This document shows, piece by piece, positions 39,351 to 52,296 of a DNA stretch of 64,000 bases. The notes beneath the pieces are model-generated. The model saw nothing but the letters and a program-made list of their open reading frames with translations. It did no database searches and was not told where the DNA came from. Positions within the stretch are counted from its first letter, which is position 1, and the number at the start of each line of letters is the position of its first letter. This DNA comes from Eledone cirrhosa (Eukaryota). The stretch is from assembly GCA_964016885.1 (NCBI GenBank), contig OZ024741.1, forward strand, positions 379,874,001-379,938,000, written 5' to 3'. The position numbers and the translations under genes are program-made.

Positions 39351-42300
39351 AGTTGCATTTATCTTGCTTTATGTTCATACGAGTTATCACCAAGTCACAA
39401 TCAGTGACCTCAAGAGACAACAAGGTCCGCCATGTTCAAGAAAGTACATACATACTCACACATTTAGTGTTTAGACTTGTGATGTACTTATATTGACAGA
39501 ATCTTCCTTAGTATATGGGCAGTTCCCATTAGTACTCTCTTTTGTATTTCTCCTATACGCGGATTCCTGGGATTTGCGATAAGTAATCATTAGAACCCTT
39601 AGGTATCATTCCCAGAGCGCCTACAACCACTGGTATTGTTTTAGTTCTCAATTTCCACATTTTTCCAATTTCTATCTCCAGGTCCTTATACTTGCTCAAT
39701 TTTTCAAATGTTTTTATAGATACATTATTGTCTATTGGAACAGACATATCAATTAGCAGGCATACCCTCTTTTTAAAGTCCTTCAATATTATATCAGGTC
39801 TATTTGCATCTATTTTTCGATCTGTTTGGATGCTAAAGTTCCACAAGATTGAGATGTGATCTTTTTCAAGTATGGGAGGTGGTTGATGCTCCCACCAATT
39901 CTTTTGATGGGGCAGGTCAAAATGCTTACACATTATCCAATGTATGTATTGTGCAGCTCTGTCATGCTTGTTTAGGTATTCGGTTGGAGCTATAGGACTG
40001 CACATTGAAATTATATGGTCAATGGTCTCTGGTTGTTTTTTGCATACACGGCATAATGGGCTGCATCCATTTTTTATTATGTTGGCTTGGTAATTTTTTG
40101 TTGGCAGACACTGATCTTGTGCTGATATAATCAGTCCTTCAGTCTCCGATTTCAGTCCAGAGGATGCCAACCACTGATGGGTTAATGTTTTATCAACATC
40201 AGGATTGTTAGCTCGCTCTGGGTATTTTCCATACAGAGGCTTTTCTTGCCATTTCTTAGCCAGTTTCTGTAGCAGTTCTTTCTTTGCAGTTACTTTTACC
40301 TGCTTTGCTTTTTCTGTGTTTTCCATTTCAGCAGTAAATGGGACTTCTGAAATTTGTAGTCCATTACTGTATCTTTGTGCATCTTTTGTAATGGAATATG
40401 ATCTTTTGATGCTTTCGTGTTGCAAAACGAGTTTGATCATCCAATCCTGTGATTCCCTTAGATATGTAGATAATCCAATTGTTGCAGTTTTCAATGCAAT
40501 GTCTAACTGGATTAACCCACGTCCTCCTTCTTTCCTAGGGAGATATATTCTATCTATATCTGCCTTAAGGTGATGCATTCTGTGCATGGTTAAGAGTTTT
40601 CGAATTTTTGTATCGAGCCTACGGATCTCTGTGCTTGACCAGTTGATGACATTGTAACTGTAGGTTACTACTGGTATGGCAAGCGTGTTTATGGCATCGG
40701 TCCTATTCCTTGCATTCAATTCCGTTCTTAAGATGCTCTTACTCTGCAGTAACATTCCTTCTTTGTCCTTTCCCTCATTGTCGAGTGCTTGATTCCGTCT
40801 CCTTCACAAACACCTAGATATTTGTAAGTTTTTTCTTGATCAAGTTCTCTTATCATGTTCCCCCGATCAATAGTAATGTCTGAACTCTTCAGCAGCTTTC
40901 CTCTGGTGAACGTTGCTTTGGCGCATTTGTCTAGTCCAAACTCCATTTTAATGTCATCACTGAACTGCTCCACAGTGGATAATAGCCCTTGCAATTGTTC
41001 ATCATTTTTTGCAAATAGTTTCAGGTCATCCATGTAGAACAAGTGATTAATGGTTTTGTCATAGACTTTATATCCATGTTTTGTTTCATTGAGCATTTTA
41101 CTTAATGGTATAAGCGCGATGCAGAATAAAAGCGGTGATAAAGAGTCACCGTAAAAAATTCCACAATTAATATTAACTTCTCCAGCTTCCAGTGATTTTG
41201 TTTCACTATTCAAAAGGAGTGTCGTTTTCCATGTCTTTATACTGAATGAGAAAAACCTCCTGACAACGGGGGATATTTTGAAAATCTCTAAACATTTTTC
41301 AATCCAACTGTGTGGCAAACTATCGAATGCTTTTTTATAGTCTATCCAAGCAATCGATAGATTTTTGTGTCTATTATGACAATCTTCCAGTATCATTTTG
41401 TTAACCAGAAGCTGATCCTTACAGCCATATGAGCCTCGTTTACACCCTTTCTGCTCAATGGGAAATAGGTCATTTGTTATCAGGTGGTCATATGTGTATT
41501 CAGTTAGGACTGATAATAACATTTTATACATTGTGGTCAAGCAAGTTATCGGTCTGTAATTTTGGGGATTGTTTGTCTCATCATTCTTCGGAAGCAGGAA
41601 TGTAATGCCGTTAACTAGCCATGATGGTATCTTTTCTGGCTCCTTAACTATTTCATTGTAAAGTTGGGCTAACAGCTCATGAGACTCTGAGAAGGCATTT
41701 ATCCAAAAGTTTTGTATTTTGTCTTTTCCTGGGCATTTCCATTTGCTGGTTTTTCTTAGAGCCAAGCGCAACTGTTTAACTGTTATATTTTCCCATATTT
41801 GTTCCTCAAGGTGAGCTGTATCTTTCATTTGTCTGTCTATCCATGGGGCATGCATGTTATGAACTTTTTCTTCGGCCCAGATCTTTTCCCAGAATTCTTG
41901 CACTTCCTCCTTGGGTGGTATTGATTTAGCAGTTATTGTTGACTTACCAATTTTTCTGTAGAAGTTTCTTTGGTTGTTTTAGAACATATTATCGTCCTTA
42001 TAGAATCCAGATCGTTTTTCAAAGCGCATTATACGAGCAGCTTTGGCCGACACTTTTTGTTTGATTATTTCTATCAGCATGTTTATGTCACTTGTTGATT
42101 TTGTACTGTACTTCTTTTTCAATTTTCTAAGTTTAGTTTGTTTAACATGTTCACCTACTTTATAGTTTGTTAAAATTTCTATGTCAGATCGGAGAAGGTT
42201 TATTTGGCGATTGATGTTCTCTTGCCAAGTAGATTTCTTGTGGGAATTCCTTTGTTTTTTCATCTTCACTCCACATAAGTGAGTGGTGACTTTAGCCGAT

Positions 42301-44272
42301 GCATAATAGAGATGATTTAAATCAGTAATGTTTAGTTTGTTTGTGATGATAATGTTTTTGAGAATTATGTTAGTCTTGTGTATTATCTTTTGGTTCTGTT
42401 TGGAGTTCTGGATCTTAGGGAGGGTGTCTCGTTGCCCCATGTCAGATTCTTTCATTTTCATCCATTCGATCATAATTTCATCCTTCAAGTTGGCAAGTTC
42501 ATTCTCATTCATTTCTTTATCATTTACGATCTCATTATTTTCATTTGGAGTTTCATCTTGAGCATGCACTCCCTCCACTTTTTCGATCCTTTCTTTAATT
42601 TGTTCTGTTGCCAGTGATTCCGCCCCAACCCTGGGATTCGAAGTGTTACAATTTACCTCGTTTTCACTGACACACGGTTCATTTTCCCTTCGCTGACTTT
42701 GTGCCCAATAGCTTGATCTGATCAATTTCTATATCAGTTAGTAACTTTTTTCTTACAATATTTCTTCGTATATTGGCTAGTTTGTTACTGTCAATATAGC
42801 CTCTGTTTTCGGGATGTTTCTTTTTCCAGTTGATATATGTCTGTTCTGTATTCGATGTATTTGATGGGTAGTACATGGCAGTGTAGAAAGCCTCAAGGAC
42901 TTCTTTATTATCTTGCCTTGACTATTTTTCTCTCTTTTTCTTTGGATTTCTTGGTGGTGAGCATGGCGGGCCAACAGTAGGAGTATTCCGGTTATGGGAG
43001 GTCTCCAGCTCCGAAGTGATGGGAAGGTTTGAACCATTAGCTGATTTTTCGACCACAGTCTGGTTCCTCTCTGAGGGACGCGGCCCTTTTTCACCCGGGT
43101 GACGGCCGATCCGGTATGATATTTTATCATTAGACATTTACTTCATTTTATCGCGTTTTATCCTTATCCGCCAAGAGGTAATCATTTCGTGTTACCACTT
43201 CTAGAACGAGTGTCAACCAAGACTAGAGGGGTCGTTCTCCCCTAGAGACACGGCTATTCCCCGCCGGCCGCCATCCCGGTATTTCTTGGTCACGGGGTTT
43301 TCTTTTTGTTGTTTTTTTTTAAATCGTTATTATCATGAGTGGTTCCTTAATGTGAGCATTGCGTGGCTTAAGAATGAAATTATTAATAATTGTCTCCACT
43401 CCAGGCACAAGGCCAGCAATCACCCAGTGCATTACAATAATATAATATACTTTTTGCTGAAGTTGCCTGTTATTGTTGTTGGCTATGTCGGTGGTGGTGC
43501 TGGGGATTTTCATATTGTTGGTGAGGAAGGGGTGAGCTAGCAGTGCCATAGTTGTTGATGTTGACGTTTGGCCGGTGGCCAGGTCACTAAGTCAATCTAT
43601 TTATATCTTTTGCTAGCTTCTCCCTTGTCTAGTGATACCGCCACCTTCCCCTTTCTTTCTCAAGTTAACAGGGGAATAGTGGTGGTAGCAATGAAAGAGT
43701 GGTGGCGGCGGTGATGGGATAGTGGTAGCAATGATGGATGGGGTGGTGGCGGCGGTGGCGTTGACGTTACTGAGTTTTGTGATATGTAGTATATATGAGT
43801 GTGTGTCGCGTATGTTTAATATATATTGTGTTGACATATTCCCGTAAAGTTGGGATTAAACATTTTTTGAAAATCTTGAGACAATAATAATATTAGTTAT
43901 TATTATGATGCTGGAATTGGTGGTGGTGGTGGTAAAATTGCCGTTATCTGGCTGTTATATTTAGTGTGATGGGGTAGGCGGTGTATCAAGTTTCTGGTGT
44001 TGGTGAAATTGCTGTTATTTGGCTGTTCTATATAGTGTAGACAGAGGGTGTTTTCTTCCATTTATAACCATTTTCTTTTTTGAATGCAAAATTGAATATT
44101 TGAGCGATATAACAATATAATATGGATCCGAAATTTTATGGGACTTGACTCGGTGGTATATGCAACATTCGTACTAAGAATTGTTATTTCACAATTGATT
44201 TAAATATGTTAAAAATCAAAAACTTACGGGAGCGATTTCATGACCTTCTACCACCTCGTACGTCTTCTTCCC
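39350..44272 (-). mobile_element. R4/Dong-clade element, family 1 copy B (few lesions)
   Basis: ORF pieces 40728-41903 (RT) and 39553-40755 (CRVCKKQPETIDHIISMC, REL); colinear with copy A; (TTA)n flanks. Confidence 0.9.
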
Positions 44273-44351
<79 letters not shown>

Positions 44352-44364
44352 CGCTATTGTTATT

Positions 44365-47300
44365 CCTTGAATCTCAGTCATTGATGTTGGTTAACTGGAA
44401 AGTCCGTTGGATTGAATATCAAGCCACTACCTGCAGCCTCAGATATTCAGGACGTATCGGAGGGTTCTTGCTGTTCCAAGCAAGCATGCCTTTTGAAGCG
44501 TTCCAAAAAGCGTGAAGGGGCCGATTTTCTTTAACCATCCCTGGAAACTTTTGGAGATAGTCCCCAGTGCGCCTATGACAATCGGGATCACTTTGACTTC
44601 ATGGCAGTTCCAAATCCTTTTCACCTCCCGCTTTAGGTCCTGGTATCGGTTAATTTTCTCCCTCTCCTTCTCTTGCACTCTCGTGTCGAACGGGCAGGCC
44701 ACATCCACAATCAGGCACGATCTTTTTTCTTTGTCCACAACCACCAGGTCATGTCTATTGTGTTCCAGTTTTTTGTCCGTCTGTATCCTAAAATCCCACA
44801 GCACCTTCACCTGATTGTTCTCCATCACCGCCTCTGGCCTATGCTCATACCATTTCTCAGAATGTGGTAGATTGTTTACTTTGCACAGGTGCCAGTGGAT
44901 CACGCTGCCCATCACATCGTGTCTCCAGCCCTTATAGTGGGTCTGGGCTAGGTGTTTACACTCGGACACAATGTGAGCCACAGTCTCCTCTCTCTCTCCA
45001 CAGATCCTGCACAGTGGGCTGGCCTCCTCCTTGTAGATATGGTGCTTCAACCACTTCGTTTTGAGGGCCTGCTCCTGCGCAGCCATTAGCATTCCTTCTG
45101 TAGCCTTTTTGAGGTCTCCTCTTCTCAACCAGTTCCATGTTTGTGGATCTCTAAATTCAGTTTTCTCAAAGAAGGTACTATGAAGGGGTTTTCCCTTAAG
45201 GCTGCTCTTCCTCCTTGATGTTATTTCCTCCCTGGACATCCCCTGGCCTACTGCCCCCTCCTTCAGTACAGCTCTGAGCATTGGCTCCTTACTATAGGTC
45301 ACGTATTTGTATAGGTTGTTTTTCTCCATCTGAACACAGTCCTCTATGCTGATAAGACCTCTTCCACCCTCAGATCTCCTTAGGTAGAGTCTATCGACAT
45401 CACTCCTCCTGTGGAACATGTTGTAGATAGTCAATAGCTTCCTAGTCTTCCTATCCATTTCTTTCTGTTCAGCAACATTCCATCTCAGAATTCCCCCACT
45501 GTACCTAATAATAGACACAGCTCGGGAATTTACTGCGCTTATGGCATTTCTGGTGTTCAGATGTGACTTCAATACGCTCCTTACTCTCCGAATGTATTCA
45601 GTTCTTAACAATTCCTTCATTTTTTTGTTCTTTATGCCATCAGCCTCCAGAACGCCCAAATACTTGTATCCTTCCTCAGAGTCAATTTCCTTTATCATCT
45701 CACCTGTTGGTATCTGGATCCCGTTAATTCTGCTCAACCTACCCCTCTTCATCACAATGACTCCACATTTACCAATACCAAACTGCATACATATATCACT
45801 GCTGAAAATACGGACAGTGTCAAGAAGCACATCCAACTCCTTCTCACTTTTCCCGAAGAGCTTAAGATCGTCCATGAAGAGGAGGTGATTGATGGTAAGC
45901 TCTCCCCTTCCCAACTTGTATTCTGCTCTCACTTTTCGCAGCATAATGGTCAAGGGCATCAGGGCAAGGACAAACAGCAGAGGGGACAGGCTATCTCCCT
46001 GGAAGATACCTCTCTTGATCTTCACGCTTCCCAAGGATACTCCAGTTGATGTCAACTCTGTCTCCCAGGACCCCATACTCCTGCCTAGCAACTGTCTGAT
46101 GTTATCTGCCACCCTGAAGATCTCCAGGCTTTTGGTGATCCAGGAATGAGGCACCATGTCAAATGCCTTTCTGTAGTCTATCCATCCCATGGCAAGATCA
46201 GTGTGTCTCCTCCTGCAATTCCCCATTACCATCTTATCAATAAGCAACTGGTCCTTTGTACCACGTGACTTCTTTCGGCATCCTTTCTGTTCGTCCGGTA
46301 ACAAGTTGTTTGTGTGGAGGTGATGGTAGATTTCCTCAGACACAATGCTCGTCAACAGTTTCCACATTACGGGCAGACATGTGATAGGTCTATAGTTGGT
46401 AGCATCATTACCCTTGATTCGGTCTTTCATTATCAGAACTGTGGTACCTTTTGTCAACCACTCTGGCACCTCACCCGACACCAAGCAGTCATTGAACATG
46501 GCCGTCACCTTCGGGTGGAGGGATGTTAGATGTTTAATCCAATACCCCTGCACACAATCTGGGCCTGGTGATTTCCAGTTGGTTAGTTTTTTGGCTTGCC
46601 CCTTAAGAGTTTCAACTGTGATACTCAAATCAGTCCGTTGCTGTGCCTGCTCACCGATCTCCCTCTGTACTGTCTCAATCCACCCTGCCTGGGCATTGTG
46701 TCTAACATCCTGCTCCCATATTCCTCTCCAGAATGTTTTAGTTTGCTCCGCCCCAGGGATCAAGTCGTTGCCTCTTTCCTTGCCCTCAAGCTGTCCAAAC
46801 AGAATCTTCTGGTTGTTGTCGAACATGCGGTTCTGTTTATACTGACTGACTCTGTTCTCGTATCGCCTGATTTTTGCACTCTTTGCTACAATGCGTTGCT
46901 TCAATTCCTCTATGATAATATTTAGCTTTTTACTCCTAGTTTTGTATTTTATTTCCAGTCTATTTTTAGTGCCTATGTTTTTTAGTGTCCCATTCAGTAG
47001 TGACTCAAGCTTTCCTATGTCATTTCTCATTTCCCCGATTTGCCCACTCAGTCGCTTCTTCCACCACGGCTCTGCTCTTTCTTGTCTGTTGTTTCCTCTC
47101 GCTTTTATACCAAGTAGTTTCCTCACCGTATTTGCTGTTGCTCTGAGGATATTGTTGCACTGGTGAAGGCTCCTCGCCTCAAGGTATGGGATGACTTTGT
47201 TTACCTTAGCTGTTGTTTCTTTTAACTTTTTCCTGTCTACAAATCTTAGGTTCATAGGTCTCCCACTATCATTGTTCAATTCATCTACCACTAAATTTAG

Positions 47301-48631
47301 GATGTCAACCGAATCTTGTCCTAGCCCGTCAGCATTCATCTCCTCAGTGGCCGTATCTCTGTTCCAGGTATTATTTATCTCAGTACTCAGATCATTGTCT
47401 GCTTCGGGTGGTTCCTTCGTTCTCAGGACCTCCTCACCTTCATTTCCCACCGGCTCGCTTGTCTGGCATACTACACCCGCCATCTCCAAGCCATTCTCTC
47501 TGCTCAGTTCCTCCAGTTCCAGCTCGCTTATCCACCCATTAGTTCTTATTACCCGAGCCTGCCCGGGCAATTTTTGTTCATCTAATTTAAATAAACCAAT
47601 CTCGTTCCAGATGTTATGCATCCGTCTCATGTAGCCCCTCTCCTTGGGGTTACTTTTCAGGTAGCATTGCATAACAGTTCTATTCAATTCTTTCGTCCAG
47701 TTGGTTCTGGCCCCTTTCCTTCTTCTCCTTCCTCCAACATCAGCAGTATTTGGTTGACAGTCAGGTTCCTGCTGCTGAGCCAGGGGGCACCTGTTGGGTG
47801 AGAGTCTGTCACATGACGTTCTAGTCTCCATTTCACCGTTATTCGAACTGTTTATGTTCGATATTTAAACACTCTTATCGAGGATTGGCGAATGTATGTT
47901 TACATAGCCATCTGTGGATCCGCCATCCCACTTGGCCCTTGTGTGGCATTATCACCACGCTGTATACGAACACACATAAACAAACAAACACACAGGCAGA
48001 AAGGGCCCCAGAAATGAATAAGCATAAGTTTCATTGTAATGTAGTGTTCGAATGTCTGACTTAGTTTTAGTTTTTTAAGTTTTACTTTTTCCCCCCTCTT
48101 CTCTGTCCGTCCGCCTACTTCTCTCTTCATTCTTATTTTCTTTACGTTTTGGGGGTTTCTTTTTTTGTTTTTGTTTTTCTCTGTTTGTTTTTCTCGTTTT
48201 TTGCTGTTGTTGCTGTGCTGCTTTGGTTTTGTTGTTTGTTTTTTCTTTTTTCTTTTGGGTCTATCTATATATTTTGATGCCTTCCTCTTTGTTAGTAGTA
48301 GGAATTCTATAATGTGGAAGTAGCAGCCAGCAGGGAAGTGGGAGACTGGCGGCGTTAGCGATACTGAGACAGTGGTGGTGGTGATGTCGATACCGAGGCA
48401 GTGGTGGCGGTGATGTGACCGTATTACTGTAGTGATGGTGCTGTAGCGGAGTCAAGGGGTGGTGGCGGCGGTGATGGGATAGTGGTGGTAATGATGGCCG
48501 TAGTGAGCGGTGGCGGTGAAGGTGAAAATGTGTCGTTATCTGGCTGTTGTGTTTAGTGTACACAGATGATGGGGTGGGTGGTGCATCTAGTTTCTGGTGT
48601 TGGTGAGTTTAGCTGTCCTATATAGTGTAGC

Positions 48632-48632
<1 letters not shown>
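44365..48632 (-). mobile_element. R4/Dong-clade element, family 2 copy C
   Basis: Single intact ORF, short 3' UTR, (TTA)n flanks. Confidence 0.92.
44439..47831 (-). CDS. Intact RT + CCHC + restriction-like endonuclease polyprotein, 1130 aa
   Basis: YRPITCL, IDYRKAFD, QGDSLSP, FMDDLKL, CRICGEREETVAHIVSEC, RHD, DLVVVD..IVDVACP..EK..Y. Confidence 0.92.
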   Translation of the reverse strand: METRTSCDRLSPNRCPLAQQQEPDCQPNTADVGGRRRRKGARTNWTKELNRTVMQCYLKSNPKERGYMRRMHNIWNEIGLFKLDEQKLPGQARVIRTNGWISELELEELSRENGLEMAGVVCQTSEPVGNEGEEVLRTKEPPEADNDLSTEINNTWNRDTATEEMNADGLGQDSVDILNLVVDELNNDSGRPMNLRFVDRKKLKETTAKVNKVIPYLEARSLHQCNNILRATANTVRKLLGIKARGNNRQERAEPWWKKRLSGQIGEMRNDIGKLESLLNGTLKNIGTKNRLEIKYKTRSKKLNIIIEELKQRIVAKSAKIRRYENRVSQYKQNRMFDNNQKILFGQLEGKERGNDLIPGAEQTKTFWRGIWEQDVRHNAQAGWIETVQREIGEQAQQRTDLSITVETLKGQAKKLTNWKSPGPDCVQGYWIKHLTSLHPKVTAMFNDCLVSGEVPEWLTKGTTVLIMKDRIKGNDATNYRPITCLPVMWKLLTSIVSEEIYHHLHTNNLLPDEQKGCRKKSRGTKDQLLIDKMVMGNCRRRHTDLAMGWIDYRKAFDMVPHSWITKSLEIFRVADNIRQLLGRSMGSWETELTSTGVSLGSVKIKRGIFQGDSLSPLLFVLALMPLTIMLRKVRAEYKLGRGELTINHLLFMDDLKLFGKSEKELDVLLDTVRIFSSDICMQFGIGKCGVIVMKRGRLSRINGIQIPTGEMIKEIDSEEGYKYLGVLEADGIKNKKMKELLRTEYIRRVRSVLKSHLNTRNAISAVNSRAVSIIRYSGGILRWNVAEQKEMDRKTRKLLTIYNMFHRRSDVDRLYLRRSEGGRGLISIEDCVQMEKNNLYKYVTYSKEPMLRAVLKEGAVGQGMSREEITSRRKSSLKGKPLHSTFFEKTEFRDPQTWNWLRRGDLKKATEGMLMAAQEQALKTKWLKHHIYKEEASPLCRICGEREETVAHIVSECKHLAQTHYKGWRHDVMGSVIHWHLCKVNNLPHSEKWYEHRPEAVMENNQVKVLWDFRIQTDKKLEHNRHDLVVVDKEKRSCLIVDVACPFDTRVQEKEREKINRYQDLKREVKRIWNCHEVKVIPIVIGALGTISKSFQGWLKKIGPFTLFGTLQKACLLGTARTLRYVLNI

Positions 48633-48668
<36 letters not shown>

Positions 48669-48669
<1 letters not shown>

Positions 48670-51480
48670 TCCGAGTCTCAGTCATTGATGTTATTTAAAT
48701 GGAAAGTTTGTTGAAATGAATATCAAGCCGCTACCTGCAGCCTCAGATATTCAGGATGTACGGATAGTTCTTGCTGTTCCCAGCAAGCATGCCTTTTGAA
48801 ATGTTTCAAAAAGCGGGGCTGGACTAACTTTCTTTAACCATCCTTGGAAACTCTTTGAGATAGTACCTAGTGCGCCTATGACAATCGGACAACTCTGACT
48901 TCATGGCAGTTCCAAATGCTTTTTATCTTCCACTTTAAGTCCTGGTATCGGTTAAAGGTCTCCCTCTCCTTTCCTTGCACTCTCGTGTCAAATGGGCAGG
49001 CTACATGTACAATCAGGCACGATCTTTTTTGCTTTTCCAAAACCACCAGGTCAGGCCTATTGTGTTCTAATTTCTTGTCCGTCTGTATCCTAAAATCCCA
49101 TAGCACATTCACCTGATAGTTTTCTATGACCGATTCTGGCTTATGCTCATACCAGTTCTCAGAATGTGGGAAATTGTTTACTTTTCATAGGTGCCAGTGG
49201 ATCACCCTGAATATCACATCATCTCTCCAGGCGTTATAGTGAGTCTGGGCTAGGTGTTTACACTCGGATACAATGTGAGCCACAGTCTCCTCTCTCTATC
49301 TCCACAGATCCTACACAGTGGGCTAGCCGCCTCCTTGTAAATATGGTGTTTCACCCACTTCGTTCTGATGGCGTGCTCTTGCGCAGCCATTAGCATTCCT
49401 TCTGTAGTCTTTTTAAGGTCTCCTCTATTTAATCAGTTCCATGTCTGTGGATCTCGAAATTCAGTTTTCCAAAGAAGGTGCTATGAAGGGATTTTACTTG
49501 AAGGTTGCTCTTCCTCCTTGTTATTTCCTTCTTTGACATCCCCTTGTCTATTGTCTTCTCCTTCAGTACAATTTTGAGCATTGGCTCAAAATTGTACAGG
49601 TTGTTTTCTTCCATCTAAACATAGTCCTCTATGCTGATAAGACCTCTTCCAACTTCAGATCTCTTTACTAGTGTCTATCGACATCACTCCCATTGTAGGA
49701 CATGCAATAGATAGTCAATAACTTCTTAGTCTTCCTATCCATTTGTTTTTGTTCAGCAACATCCCATTTCAGAATTTCTGCACTGTACCTAATAATAGAC
49801 AGCTCGAGAATTCACTGCACTCATGACACTCCTACTATTTAGATGTGATTTTAATATGCTCCTTACTCACATCTTATCAATTCCTACACTTTTTTTGTTC
49901 TTGATGTCATCTTCCTCCAGAACTCATAAATATTTGTATCCTTCTTCAGTGTCAATATCCTTTATCATCTCACCTGTTGGTAGCTGGATTCCGTTGCTAC
50001 TGCTCAATTTACCCATCTTCATCACTAGGACTCCACACTTATTTATACCAAATTCCATACATGTAACATTGCTGAAAATACGGACAGTGTGAACAAGTAT
50101 ATCCAACTCTTCCCAAAGAGTTTAAGATCGTCCATGAAGAGCAGGTGCTTGATGGTAAGTTCTCCCTTTCCCATCTTGTATCCTACTCTCAGTTTTCGCA
50201 ATATAATGGTCAGGGGTATCAAGGCCAAGACAAACAACAGATGGGACAGACTATATCCCTGGAAGATACATCTCTTGATCTTCACGCCTCCCAAATATTC
50301 TCCACCCAATGTTAACTCTGTTTCCCAGGACTTCATAATTTTGCTCAACAACTGTCTGATGTTATCTGCCAACTTGAAGATCTCTGGGCTTTTGGTTATC
50401 CAAGAATGAGGTACCATGTCGAATGCCTGTTTGTAATCTATCCATCTCATGGCAAGAGCAGTGTGTCTCCTCTTGCAATTCCAGATTACCATCTTATCAA
50501 TAAGTAACTGGTCTTTTGTATCACGGGACTTCTTTGGGCATCCTTTTTATTCGTCCTGTAACAAGTTGTTTGTGTGGAGATGATAGTAGATTTCCTCGGA
50601 CACAATGCTTATTAACAGTTTCCACATTACGGACAGACATGTGATATGGCTATAGCTGGTAACATCATTACCCTTGATTCGGTCTTTCATTACCAGAAAT
50701 GTGGTACCTTTTGTCAACCACTCTGGTACCTCACCCGACATCAAGCAGTCATTGAAAATGGCTGTCAGATTCGGGTGGAGGGATGTTATATTTTTAATCC
50801 AATACTGTTGCACACCATCTGGGCCTGGTGATTTCCAGTTGGTTAGTTTTTTTGGCCTGCCCTTTAAGAATTTCAACTGTGATACTTAAATCAGTTTGTT
50901 GGTGTTCTTCTTCACTACTCTCCCTTTTGTACTGTCTCAATCGACACTGCCTGACTATTATGTTCAACATCCTGCTCCGATTTTCCTCTCCAGAATGTCT
51001 TAGTATGTTCCGCCTCAGGGATCAAGTCGATGTCTCTTTCTTTCCCTTCAAGCTGTCCAAATAACATCGTCTGGCTGTTGTCAAACATGCGGTTCTGTCT
51101 ATACTCACTGACTCTGCTCTCATACTGCCTAATCTTTTTCCCGCTAGTTTTATACTTTATTTCAAATCTATTTTTAGTGTCTATGTTTTGTAATGTCCTA
51201 TTCAGTAGGGAATCAAGCTTTCCAAAGTCTTTCCGCATTCCCTTGATTTGGCCGTTCAGTCGTTTCTTCCACCAAGGTTCTGATCTTTCTTGTGTGTTGT
51301 TTCCTCTCGTCTTTATGCCAAGTAATTTCATCGCCGCATTTGCTGTTGCTTTGAGGATATTGTTGCATTGGTGAAGGTTCCTCGCCTCAAGGTATGGGAT
51401 GAATTTGTTTACCTTAGCTGTTGTTTCTTTTAAGTTTATAAGTTTCATTGTAATGTTTGAATGTCTGACTTAGTTTTTTT
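48669..51480 (-). mobile_element. R4/Dong-clade element, family 2 copy D (older, decayed, internally deleted)
   Basis: Colinear with copy C with many stops and frameshifts; 51438-51475 matches the 5' UTR at 48024-48066. Confidence 0.88.
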
Positions 51481-51618
51481 GTTTGTTTTTTTCCAATATT
51501 TGTTTTTCAAGGCCAGTAAACATCATTTGTAAGATCTGTTATTGGTGCTTTTGCTGTTTTTGATTTTAGCTACGAGGGAAGTAGGGGTTGTTGCGTTCAA
51601 AGCTTATGAAATTTGTTT

Positions 51619-51870
51619 TGTGGTGACAGTCAGGTTTGCAATTTTCAACTGTGAAAATTGCAAACTTGACTGTCACCACAGAATATGAACCAGAAGATTG
51701 CGAAAGCAGGAAAGTACATGTTCAATTAACACTTAACATTTAATATTCTACCATACTATTTCATTATAATATCATTATAATTTTAAAGGATTGTAAATAA
51801 AACGAGTGGATCAGACAAAGTTTAATTCCTTCCATTAAAATGATCTTCTATACACAATCATACACACCGT
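51619..51870 (+). mobile_element. Hairpin + HHR-like + tail element
   Basis: Hairpin 51619-51680; gaac-CAGAAGA-ttgc-gaaa-gcag-GAAA-gtac-at-gttc at 51687-51723; homologous to 2640-2775. Confidence 0.7.
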
Positions 51871-51871
51871 G

Positions 51872-51912
<41 letters not shown>

Positions 51913-51920
51913 ATATACAT

Positions 51921-52296
51921 ATTGGTAAAAGCAAGAGAAAATGCTGACAAATTGTTCCCAGTGAAAAATAGTTTAATTGGGAATAAGTAAAAATTAGTAA
52001 TAAGTATTGGTTAGAATTCAGTTTTAGTTTTAAGTTTTTACTGGTTGCGCATTTCTAATGCTTTTCAAAACAATTTTGAGATTGAGCGCCCGGGACCTCT
52101 ATCTCAAAATTGTTTTGAAAAGCATTAGAAATGCGCAACCGGTAAAAACTTAAAACTAAAACTGAATTCTAACCAATACTTATTACTAATTTTTGCTTAC
52201 TCCTAATTAAACTATTTTTCACTGTAAACAATTTGTCAGCATTTTCTTTTCCTTTTACCAATATATCACAACTCGTGTGTTACCACTCTATTCTTT

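Noticed and set aside
44512-47801. Plus-strand ORFs overlapping the 1130-aa ORF (and similar ones over other LINEs)
   Set aside because: Antisense shadows with no domain signal
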